DNA from: Promethearchaeota archaeon
Lineage (GTDB): Archaea; Asgardarchaeota; Lokiarchaeia; Sigyniarchaeales; SOKP01
DNA length: 64,000 bases
NCBI GenBank assembly: GCA_048939995.1
Contig: JBHLOY010000013.1
Location: 1 to 64,000, forward strand
Direction of reading: 5' to 3'
Part shown: positions 30,457 through 39,900 of the stretch, piece after piece
Layout of the letters: the number at the start of each line of letters is the position of its first letter
Numbering within the stretch: position 1 is the stretch's first letter
Program-made: the position numbers and the translations under genes
The notes under the pieces: generated by a model
Databases searched by the model: none
What the model saw: the letters and a program-made list of their open reading frames with translations, nothing else
What the model was told of the DNA's origin: nothing

Positions 30457-33171
30457 TTATTTTGACTTTGATGGCCTAGTTTTCCAAACTTTAATCGATT
30501 CAAAAATAAACACGGCAGTTCCAAAAATCAAGAAAACTAATAGAAGTATACTGCCTGGATTGGTAATGAAGTTATCGCCATATATACTAGCAAAAATTAG
30601 GTACCCTATAAAGCCTAACACATTGATAACTAAGTATAATGAAAATCGAGGTATCATTAGAAAACCAATATGAGTGTAAAACCCTAAAATTCCTTTTTTT
30701 AATTCTTTATTCACGTAATATTTTCCGTCTTTATCGCTTTTTGATATAATTCCAGTTTTTAATAACTTATCTATTTGATAAGATACGGTTCCTGGCGATG
30801 AAAACTTTAATGATTTCTGGATTTCTCGTACTCCGGCACGACTATGAGTCAAAATATACCAATAAACTCGAAGCGTTTTACCTTGTAATACTTTTTCTGG
30901 GCTAACATTAAGAGGCTTAGTTTTAACTTTAGTTAATATCTTTATATGAACGAGTCTCTCTTTAACTTTGGACCTTGGTAGTGTCTTTCTCTTTCCCTTG
31001 GTTAGTTTTTTCCGTTGGACGTACCATTCAATAGATAGAATACCAACAAAAATGAGGGAAACACTTATTAAAATGCCAAATTGTAAAATTAAATAATAAC
31101 CTGGAATTAATGGACCTTCAGTATCGATAGATTCAGGTTTTTCATAATAGTCAGTAATTGTATTGTTAATAAATATGTTCCCAATTACATTGTTATAACA
31201 CGAAAGTTCAAGATATATCCCAATCTCGTTGTTACTTACTATATTTCCTAAAACTAAATTGGATTTACTCACATTTAAACCAATACCTATCCAAAAATTA
31301 TTATCTACGGTATTCAAATATATAGTATTATTATTGCTATCTTGTAAAGCTATACCAGCAAGAACATTATAGTTTGCAATGTTTCTAGTAATATTGTTAT
31401 TTTTGCTGTTAATTAAGCCTATTCCAACAATATCATTGTTATTTACGATGTTTCCCGATATTATATTATTATTGCTGTCTTGTAAGACTGCTCCAGCCAG
31501 ACCATTACAGTTTGCATAATTCTCAGAAATCAGATTTCCACTACTATTTTCAACGAGTATTATACCAACTAGATTATTATCTACGATATTTTTTGTAATG
31601 TTATTATAATGACTATTTAATACAAATATCCCATTACTGTTGTTGTTGATAATGTTTCCCATTATAATGTTATTAATATGATTATAAAAGCCTATTTGAA
31701 TCCCATTAGTATTATTATTTACAGTGTTACCAGAAATAATGCAATTATCTCCGCGCAGGAGTATCCCATTCTCACTATTATTTACCATATTTCCCGAAAC
31801 AATATTATTATCGCCTAGGATTCGAATACCTTCTCCATAAAAGTTATGAACACCATTTGAGGAAACTTTGTTTTTCAGGATGTTATTCTTATTCCCTTTA
31901 ATTTCGATGCCATTATATTCGTTATATTTTACCGTATTTTCTGTGATAATAGTTTCATTTCCATCAAATATACTTATTCCAACCCCATCATTATTAAAGG
32001 TATTTCCAGAGAGCATGATGTTATCGCAATAAAATAATTTTATCCCATTGTTAAAATTGTAATTTGCGGTGCTTCCTGAAATACTATTGTTATTACTCTC
32101 AATTAAGCTTATTCCGTTATAACCATTACTTGCGTTAATTCCTAAAATAGTGTTGTTATTAGAGAAATATAATGCAACTCCCGTATTGGCATAGGAAACA
32201 TCCAAATTTGAGATATTTGAATTATTACAATTAACTAAAATAACTTGACCAGCATTAGTAAAATTGTTTGAACTTAGACTTTTTTCATTCTTATAATAGT
32301 ATAAAGGTTTGCCATTAACTAAATTTGAATTGTCTATATCGTGGGAATCTAATTCGTCAATTGATCCTCTTACCTCTAACCCATTATTATTTAAGATATT
32401 TTTGGACACTGTATAATTTACACCTTCTCTGGCAATAATTCCGCCCCAGCGATTATTTATGACAAAATTTCCTGAAATTGTTGTACTTTCGCTCTGTTCT
32501 AATAAAATTCCATTAAGATTATTACTTAGAAAGTTTCCAGTAAGATTATTGTTCCCACCACCATTTAATGATATTCCATAACCGTTATCAGTTAATGAGT
32601 TCCCCTCAATATTGTTTCTATTACTATTAAACATGATATTTATCCCTATCTCGTTTTTATTTACGTCGTTTCCTAAGATACTGCTATCATTACAATTTTC
32701 CAAGAATATCCCATTATAATTAAGTGAAAGATTGTTATTAATTAATTGAGCATTACTAACATTTGACAATACAATTGCCCCTCCCCAACCATATTCATAA
32801 CGATCAACAGCTAATGAGTTATAAATGGTACAATTTTCAATTTTAAAAAAAAATCTTGAATTCTCAATCAAGATACCGTAGACCATTCCGTCGACCTCAA
32901 TTATAAGATCTTCTATAATATAAGGATCGGTAAAATTCCCATAACCTGTGACTATTTTCGCAATCTTCGTTTCAGACCAATTATTATTGATGTGAATAAT
33001 TCTTGATACTTTTGAGATTTTCAAAGTTTTGCCATCTAAGTCAATATCATCAAGATTTTCTAAATTTTTCTTGTTATCTCCGTAATTATTTATAAGGTGG
33101 ATTTTTGTTGAAAATACAAAAATAAATCCAAATATGGCTATTAAATTTATTATTTTTATGATTCTTTTCAT
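30457..33171 (-). CDS. Receptor-like fusion: NosD/right-handed beta-helix ectodomain, IPGY-TM, LexA-like wHTH, 2 TM
   Basis: Signal peptide; GNFTDPYIIEDL; many ~22-aa N..GI.L..S.NN.I.GN repeats; LIPGY-TM-RKK; C-terminal 145 aa are 68% identical (98/145, hand count) to 27528..27965. Confidence 0.85.
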   Translation of the reverse strand: MKRIIKIINLIAIFGFIFVFSTKIHLINNYGDNKKNLENLDDIDLDGKTLKISKVSRIIHINNNWSETKIAKIVTGYGNFTDPYIIEDLIIEVDGMVYGILIENSRFFFKIENCTIYNSLAVDRYEYGWGGAIVLSNVSNAQLINNNLSLNYNGIFLENCNDSSILGNDVNKNEIGINIMFNSNRNNIEGNSLTDNGYGISLNGGGNNNLTGNFLSNNLNGILLEQSESTTISGNFVINNRWGGIIAREGVNYTVSKNILNNNGLEVRGSIDELDSHDIDNSNLVNGKPLYYYKNEKSLSSNNFTNAGQVILVNCNNSNISNLDVSYANTGVALYFSNNNTILGINASNGYNGISLIESNNNSISGSTANYNFNNGIKLFYCDNIMLSGNTFNNDGVGISIFDGNETIITENTVKYNEYNGIEIKGNKNNILKNKVSSNGVHNFYGEGIRILGDNNIVSGNMVNNSENGILLRGDNCIISGNTVNNNTNGIQIGFYNHINNIIMGNIINNNSNGIFVLNSHYNNITKNIVDNNLVGIILVENSSGNLISENYANCNGLAGAVLQDSNNNIISGNIVNNNDIVGIGLINSKNNNITRNIANYNVLAGIALQDSNNNTIYLNTVDNNFWIGIGLNVSKSNLVLGNIVSNNEIGIYLELSCYNNVIGNIFINNTITDYYEKPESIDTEGPLIPGYYLILQFGILISVSLIFVGILSIEWYVQRKKLTKGKRKTLPRSKVKERLVHIKILTKVKTKPLNVSPEKVLQGKTLRVYWYILTHSRAGVREIQKSLKFSSPGTVSYQIDKLLKTGIISKSDKDGKYYVNKELKKGILGFYTHIGFLMIPRFSLYLVINVLGFIGYLIFASIYGDNFITNPGSILLLVFLIFGTAVFIFESIKVWKTRPSKSK

Positions 33172-33431
33172 TTTACTTTCTCTAAATATTATCCATGTAG
33201 GGTAATTGTTAAGTTAAGTAAAGTGGTACTGCTATATTCTAAATAATTCGGTACTTTTCTATTTTATAAAGTTTTACTAAGTTTTTAGTATAATAAATGT
33301 TGTTATTATAAAACTGTAATTGGTTTCAGTTTGAATCTAATTCATATTATTAAGTTGAGAATTTAAGCTAATTCCTTTGATATAAAAAAAAATGTAAATA
33401 ATATTTATTTTTCATTATGTGCAAGTATCGT

Positions 33432-34148
33432 TTACGTATTTGATTTTTTTAACTTTTTACCGATTAGGAATATCACAATCGAAAGTGTCCCAACTAGAAT
33501 TAATATACTATATCCTGGAATTCCTGATATTAGTGGTCCAGTTAGGGCATTAGTACTAACAAAAATTGCTTTCTTCCAAAATCCGCTATATTGAAATGTA
33601 CCATTTAAGAAAATTCCTGTGCTTTTTTCATACCAAACTGCGCTTCCATTAGAATCCTCTAATTTCCATACTTCTATTTGGCCATAACCAGGCATAGTCC
33701 AATTTAATTCGGCAGTAACATTAAAATTTTGGTCTCCGCCTGAATAAATAAATATTTGAACAATATCATTAAGTGAAATATTAGTTAAAATCCTAGTCCA
33801 TGTATGAGACCCAGCAACGGGACTCGGCAGGTCTGTATTTGATACAATTCTTGAGCTTAATTCCTCATCCCAAGAACCTTGTTCTGCTGGGGTTCCTAAA
33901 GTTCCCTCTCCTAAGAACCATATAACATGATAAACATCATCTGAAACTCTGCTGAATTCGATGTTAGCTTCTTGTGTTTCAAATATGTGAAAAGAATCAG
34001 AGTGGATATAATTAACGTACATCCCATCAAAAACTCCTGTTGTACTAGAATAACCCAATGCTATAAAATGAGAAAAGAATACAAATGAAATTATCGACAC
34101 AAGAATATACTTCATGATTTTCTGCCTATATTTGCCTTTTTCTTTCAT
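33432..34148 (-). CDS. Secreted surface protein with IPGY-TM-basic (Loki-CTERM-type) sorting tail
   Basis: Signal peptide; WYEKSTGIFLNGT; ends GIPGYSILILVGTLSIVIFLIGKKLKKSNT. Confidence 0.8.
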   Translation of the reverse strand: MKEKGKYRQKIMKYILVSIISFVFFSHFIALGYSSTTGVFDGMYVNYIHSDSFHIFETQEANIEFSRVSDDVYHVIWFLGEGTLGTPAEQGSWDEELSSRIVSNTDLPSPVAGSHTWTRILTNISLNDIVQIFIYSGGDQNFNVTAELNWTMPGYGQIEVWKLEDSNGSAVWYEKSTGIFLNGTFQYSGFWKKAIFVSTNALTGPLISGIPGYSILILVGTLSIVIFLIGKKLKKSNT

Positions 34149-34232
34149 ATTTTTTACCTACTTTACTCAATTTAGTGGTTTTTTTATAAATTTCTTAAAT
34201 ATTTGTTTTGATTTCTATTTCTTAAATCTATT

Positions 34233-34253
34233 TTTTGAACGCCCCGTTCAAAA
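34233..34253. promoter_or_regulatory. Palindromic operator TTTTGAAC-N5-GTTCAAAA (copy 2)
   Basis: TTTTGAAC GCCCC GTTCAAAA, 85 bp upstream of 34148. Confidence 0.7.
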
Positions 34254-34279
34254 TTCTGTACATTCGCATAACATAGTTT

Positions 34280-34300
34280 TAAGTTTCAAATTGAAACTTA
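34280..34300. repeat. Perfect inverted repeat TAAGTTTCAA-A-TTGAAACTTA
   Basis: 10-bp arms; a related TTTCAA-N9-TTGAAA follows at 34307-34327. Confidence 0.5.
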
Positions 34301-34418
34301 TTACTGTTTCAAAGTATAGTCTTGAAAGTTATCCCAATTTAATAAAAAGGTATTAACTTAAAAAAAAGAAAAACTACAATGTAATTATTTTATTCTTTAT
34401 ATTTCTTTACTCTTATGA

Positions 34419-34574
34419 GTAAATGCATATTTAGGAATTCCTAACGGGGATCACTATCTTCCTATGATTTATATTCTGGCGCTTCAAGATGAGAAAGACG
34501 CGATAAAATTTATGTATGAAGGCTTTCAACATGGTTCTATTTCAATGAGATGCTTCCAAATTATCATTGAATAA
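34419..34574 (+). pseudogene. Displaced 3' fragment of ygiD (right copy of direct repeat)
   Basis: Translates VNAYLGIPNGDHYLPMIYILALQDEKDAIKFMYEGFQHGSISMRCFQIIIE*, 41/51 identical to the C-terminus of 26691..27491; preceded by in-frame TGA where the intact gene has GGA. Confidence 0.88.
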
Positions 34575-34606
34575 CATTGTAAGGATTGCGTGAGAATAAA
34601 AAAAAA

Positions 34607-35053
34607 TTATTTAATTAATTTAAATCCAAATTCTTTGCATTTTGGAAGATCTTCTTCAGATATTGGTCCTTTCATACCATCAACTTTGATAGACAATCCT
34701 GGACTTGCTTTTATTAAATCGGGGATCTTTTTACTGATCTGATTCTCCATCTTTTTGACTGCTTTCTCAAAATCCTTCGATAAGTACGTATCAAATACTG
34801 CAAATGAATTTACTTTTACTTGAGCTTTTGAAAGATTATTGATGAATTTCTTTACTGAACTTATATGACTTCCCATATGGTTTGGAGATCCAATTAAAAT
34901 TAGATCATAGGCATCAGTTTTATTTAATTCAATGTCTTTAACATTTCTGACAATCACTTCGTTACCTTCAATAGAATTAATTCCATCTGCAATTAATTGG
35001 CCTACTTTTTCAGTATTTCCATATTTTGTATCATAAGCTATTAGAACTTTCAT
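34607..35053 (-). CDS. Flavodoxin-domain protein
   Basis: YDTKYGNTEKV, YDLILIGSP, FAVFDT. Confidence 0.88.
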   Translation of the reverse strand: MKVLIAYDTKYGNTEKVGQLIADGINSIEGNEVIVRNVKDIELNKTDAYDLILIGSPNHMGSHISSVKKFINNLSKAQVKVNSFAVFDTYLSKDFEKAVKKMENQISKKIPDLIKASPGLSIKVDGMKGPISEEDLPKCKEFGFKLIK

Positions 35054-35342
35054 TTTAAAACACTGCTTTTAATACTTATACTTATTGTAATTTAATTTAT
35101 ATAATTAACCCTTGCAATAGAACTTTTTCAGTAATTCTTTTTAACTATTTAATTGAGCTTTGCTCATGGATTTTCAATGAGAGTGAGTATTAATGAAAGA
35201 GACTAATGAACCTAAAAAATTGAAACAATAAAAGATTTACTCAAATTTATATAATCATTTGGTTATAATAATATCAAACAACCAATTAATCCGTAATTAT
35301 AATTTTTCTGATCTACAATCATTTTCTTTTGATTTATACATC

Positions 35343-36890
35343 ATGTCAATAAATAGAAATAAATTATTAATGGAATTATTCGCGAATTTCATACAGGCAA
35401 ATAAGGAAGTTGAAGCTATTATAGTTTCCGATAAAGATGGATTAATAATTTCCGGAGAACGAAGAAAAGATGTGGATATAGAGTTAGTTTCGATAATGAC
35501 TGCGGTGGTTAACCCTGTTATTGAGCGATTTCGTGATGAATTTTCCTATAAGAAATTTGGGACCGCAAGTTTTGATACTGAAAATAATCGTCTTTTGTTC
35601 ATCACTATAACAGAAAATGTAACATTAACTTTAGTTATTGAAAATCTTGGCTCGATTGAGAAAATAGCCCCCTATGCGTATTTTCTTGCTGAAAAAGTGG
35701 CACAGATTATAGTTGCAACTAATGAAGATCTAATTGAGGTATCAATTCCTAATTTTGATTATAAAACTGAAGGATATTATGGAAGTGATGCTCAACTTTT
35801 TCAAATTGGTTTAGAACCAGGTGGAGAATATAGATTTAAATTTATAGTTATAGGTGACCATGAAGTTGGTAAGACTTCAATTCTACGTAGATTTGTAGAA
35901 GGGAGATTCTTAGTAGATTATCGTACTACTATTGGATTGAACGTTTTGACTCATAATTTCGAATTTTTTGGCAACAAAATTAACGTATTTCTCTGGGATA
36001 TAGGAGCTCAACAATATTTTAAAAGATACCGTAAAGTTTATTACAAAGGTGCACAAGCTGCTTTTATCATTTTTGATTTAACAAACAAGGATTCTTTTTA
36101 TAACGTAATGAATTGGTTTAATGAATTGAATGAGTTTAAGGAACATGAAATCTCAATAGTAGTCGTTGGAAATAAAAAAGATTTAGAACAGCAAAGAGAA
36201 GTTGATTATGAAGAGGCAACTACTTTAGCTGAAATGTTATCTGAAAAATATAACAAGAAAATTTCTTATATTGAAACCAGTGCTTTAACAGGAGAGAATA
36301 TTGAAGAAGCATTTGGAATTGTATCCTATCATTTTATAATGCTAAGCAAAGAATTTGAGGAAAAAAATTTAAGAGAAAAGATTTTTACTGAAATTAATTC
36401 GGTATTAGATACACGAAATTCACTTTCAATTGCATTTATATCAAAAAATTTCCAAAAGAATCCTATTATAATGCTTTTAAAAGAGATAGAACCTTTAGGA
36501 TTGTCTTTAAAAATGGAAAAAAAAGATAAAGTGATCTATCAATTTGCAAATGGATTAACCTTGGAAAGTTACAATTTCGATTCAATGAAAGTTTCTGATT
36601 CTGATGGAGCTTTTGTAATTTTTGATGGGAAGGATAGAGATTCCATTGACCCGAAATGGAATAGTATTATATTACAAATTTTAAAAACAATCAAGGATAA
36701 CACTGTGATTTTAATCGGTATAATTACTAAAAAAGATGTAAATTGGTCAAAAATGATGAGTGAGTTTAACTTTTATACAAAGTTAGAAGCAAAGCAAATC
36801 TCGTATTTTGTATTTAAAATTGACTCCGATTCTAAAATAGAATTATATGAACACATAAATACTATGTTCAATACTATTAGGAATCTTTAA
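35343..36890 (+). CDS. Roadblock/LAMTOR-like domain, Rab-like GTPase, degenerate second G-domain
   Basis: VEAIIVSDKDGLIIS (roadblock); GDHEVGKT, TTIG, WDIGAQ, NKKD, ETSAL; C-terminal SDGAFVIFD...VILIG strand pattern; start likely ATG 35343 (ORF track 35259). Confidence 0.85.
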   Translation: MSINRNKLLMELFANFIQANKEVEAIIVSDKDGLIISGERRKDVDIELVSIMTAVVNPVIERFRDEFSYKKFGTASFDTENNRLLFITITENVTLTLVIENLGSIEKIAPYAYFLAEKVAQIIVATNEDLIEVSIPNFDYKTEGYYGSDAQLFQIGLEPGGEYRFKFIVIGDHEVGKTSILRRFVEGRFLVDYRTTIGLNVLTHNFEFFGNKINVFLWDIGAQQYFKRYRKVYYKGAQAAFIIFDLTNKDSFYNVMNWFNELNEFKEHEISIVVVGNKKDLEQQREVDYEEATTLAEMLSEKYNKKISYIETSALTGENIEEAFGIVSYHFIMLSKEFEEKNLREKIFTEINSVLDTRNSLSIAFISKNFQKNPIIMLLKEIEPLGLSLKMEKKDKVIYQFANGLTLESYNFDSMKVSDSDGAFVIFDGKDRDSIDPKWNSIILQILKTIKDNTVILIGIITKKDVNWSKMMSEFNFYTKLEAKQISYFVFKIDSDSKIELYEHINTMFNTIRNL

Positions 36891-36924
36891 ATAAAGAAAA
36901 ATAGATACTATGATAAGTTTAAAC

Positions 36925-39900
36925 TTATCTAGAGAAATATTCCTTTAACTCATGCTTAACTGAACCTTTTCCTTTGAGATCATAGAGTAATTCATCAGTA
37001 CTATGAATAATTACCTCACTTAATTCGTGAGTCTCACGTAAGATATCAAATTGTCCTTTATAATACAGATCGATAATCTCATTAAATGCCTCCTCATATA
37101 CTCCTTTCAATCCTATTGATTGAATAAATGCCTTATAATGATTGATTCTAACATTTTTCATAGGACCTTGAAATGAAAAAGACTCATTATTTTCTAGCAA
37201 TTTAATAACAACAATGATTAAGAGCGTGTTTGCATTCTGAAAATCTTTACTTGATTTGATAATATCTTCATTAGATGTATCCTCAGTGTAAATTATTTGA
37301 ATCGATCTAATTCTGTCCCTAATTGATGGATCTATATTTAGGAACGAAACTTGATCATCAAAAAGAATTAATCCATGGATTTTATTTTGAATATCATCAT
37401 AGATTTGAGGATTGGAATAATATTTAATACCAATTTCATCAAAATACTTCGTCAATAAATCGTTAATGCAGGAATAAACAAGTTCTACTTCTCCCATAAC
37501 TAGTGGTGTTCCTGTTATTTCTAATTTTCGGTCTTGTTCATGTTTAGATTCTTGATTGTCAACATACATTTTAAGATTTTCAGAGACTATCTTACTTTCA
37601 TTATATAGTTCAAGTGATTTTGAATAATCTCCAGATATTGCAGCTTTTTTGGATTCAATCTCATATTGATCCTTCAAATAGTTAAGACCTTTAATTGCGA
37701 TATCGATTTGTTTTTGACGGTAAAAATCTGCATTTTGAGAGTTTCCAAGAATCTCTTCAATAATAATAATTTCACCTGCAAATCCTGCTGCTTTGACATA
37801 ATCTTTCTCTTCTGTTAATTTGTTAACATAAGCAATTACTTTCTCTCTTCTGGCAAGTAGATCTGCTTCAGTCTTATCTTTGAGCGTTTCATAATCTAAT
37901 AAACTTAATTCTTCATAAATTTTCAACTTTGCCTTAGTTACTGGCTGCTTTTCTGATATTTGAATACCTATTTCCTTCTTCTTACTCTTTGATTTTTTTA
38001 GCACTACAATTCCTACTACCCCACCTATAGCTGCTCCTATTACAACAAATATTATCCATAATGGAAATTCAGATGGTTGAGAAGTGGATGTTATAGAAAA
38101 GCTATCTGTTGCGGCAGGACTCTGATGACCTGCACCATCAATTTGATATAAAAAGTAATAATAAATTCCTGGTTGAAGAGATTCCATATACTCATAATAA
38201 TTACCCGTTAAGTTTATTGCAAACACGAATCCAGGGGTAGCTAAAGGATTTGCTTCATTATCTATAATTAATCTATACTTAATTATCCCAGAAGGATCGG
38301 AACCATCTTGCCATTCAAATATTAAAGTACCACTTACAGCTCCTTGGGGAGCCTGTATTAACGACGGTGCTGGAGGAGCAATTGTATCTTTATATAAAAC
38401 TATTAGCACAGGGTCGCTCAAATGATTAAGAGTATCATTTGCATAGATATAAACATAAAATCTTCCTTCTGGTAAACTATTCCAAATTAAATTATTGAAT
38501 GGTTGGTTAATATTATTTCCCAACAAGATGTTAGTTGTGTTTACTTGATACCAAATTAGATCTAGATTAGCATCTGTAGCTAAAACATTGATAATAGGTG
38601 CTGCTCTGCAGTAAGTGTTATTCAACGGGAAATTTAATGCAATTGAAGGTGCTATTGTATCTTTTATTATCGTTATCTCATCAAATCCAATAACTCCTAA
38701 AGTATTATTTATATAAAAACTAATCGTAATAGTACCATCTGATTTAGCGTCCCATGCTAATTGATTTATAGTCCCAGTTAGCCCTGTAAATGTATAATTT
38801 ACTATTCCATTATCTAAAGTATACCAACTTGTATCTAGATTGCTTCCACTTATATTAACAGCATAATTCGGCGCTGTATTACCATACACACCGTCTGAAA
38901 TAGGAGTATTAATCATTATCATGGGAAAGAAGATATCTTTATAAACAATAACTTCTGCTGTTCCTAAATTGCCTACTGTATCATTAGCATAAAATTTGAT
39001 CATTATTGTTCCATTACCAACTTGCTCCCAAACACTCTGAGCGATTGCTCCTGTCCATGTGTAATTATTAGTAACAATAGTTCCATTGTCCAATTGATAC
39101 CATTCATTATCTAAATTAGCGTCATTAATATTAATAGTAATGCTTGGAGGTGAAATCCCAAACAAGTCATAATTATTTGGTTCTGTAATAATTATAGTAG
39201 GAGTAATTGAATCTCTATTGATTACCACACTCGCAGCATCCCAGTTACCAGCAGAATCATTTACATAAAATAGTATCGTAATAGAACCTTGACCTGCAGT
39301 ATTCCATGCCGTAGAATCGATCGTTCCGCTCAATGCTCCTGTGAAGTTATTTAGACCTCCATCAAGTGTGTACCAAATCCTATCTCTATTCGATTCAGTG
39401 ATAGAAAGAGTATAACTTGGAGGAAGGCTACTGAACCATGCTCCAGGTAATGGTGAATCGATACTATCTATTGAAGGATTAACGGTATCTCTATAAATTG
39501 CTACGCTCGCAGTATCCCAGTTACCCGCAGAATCATTTACATAAAATATAATTGTAATGGAACCTTGGCCTGCATTATTCCATGCTAAAGAGTTGATTGT
39601 TCCGCTTAATGCTCCGGTATAGTTATTTAAGCCTCCATCAAGCGTATACCAAATCCTATCTCTATTCGATTCAGTGATAGAAAGACTATAACTTGGAGGG
39701 AGGCTACTGAACCATGCTCCAGATAATGGTGAATTGATACTATCTATTGAAGGATTAATGGTATCTCTATAAATTGCTACGCTTGCAGTATCCCAGTTAC
39801 CCGCAGAATCATTTACATAAAATATAATTGTAATGGAACCTTGGCCTGCATTATTCCATGCTAAAGAGTTGATCGTTCCGCTTAATGCTCCGGTATAGTT

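Noticed and set aside
30270-30524. 84-aa ORF (or 54 aa from ATG 30434 with GAGGAG RBS) between the beta-helix fusion and the SBP gene
   Set aside because: Overlaps the upstream CDS and runs through the TATA box and palindromic operator of the SBP gene; no recognisable family. At most a remnant.
27492-34418. Calling the ygiD-bounded block an active mobile element
   Set aside because: No integrase, transposase, replication or transfer gene is visible and the flanking repeats are clearly diverged; reported only as a scar.
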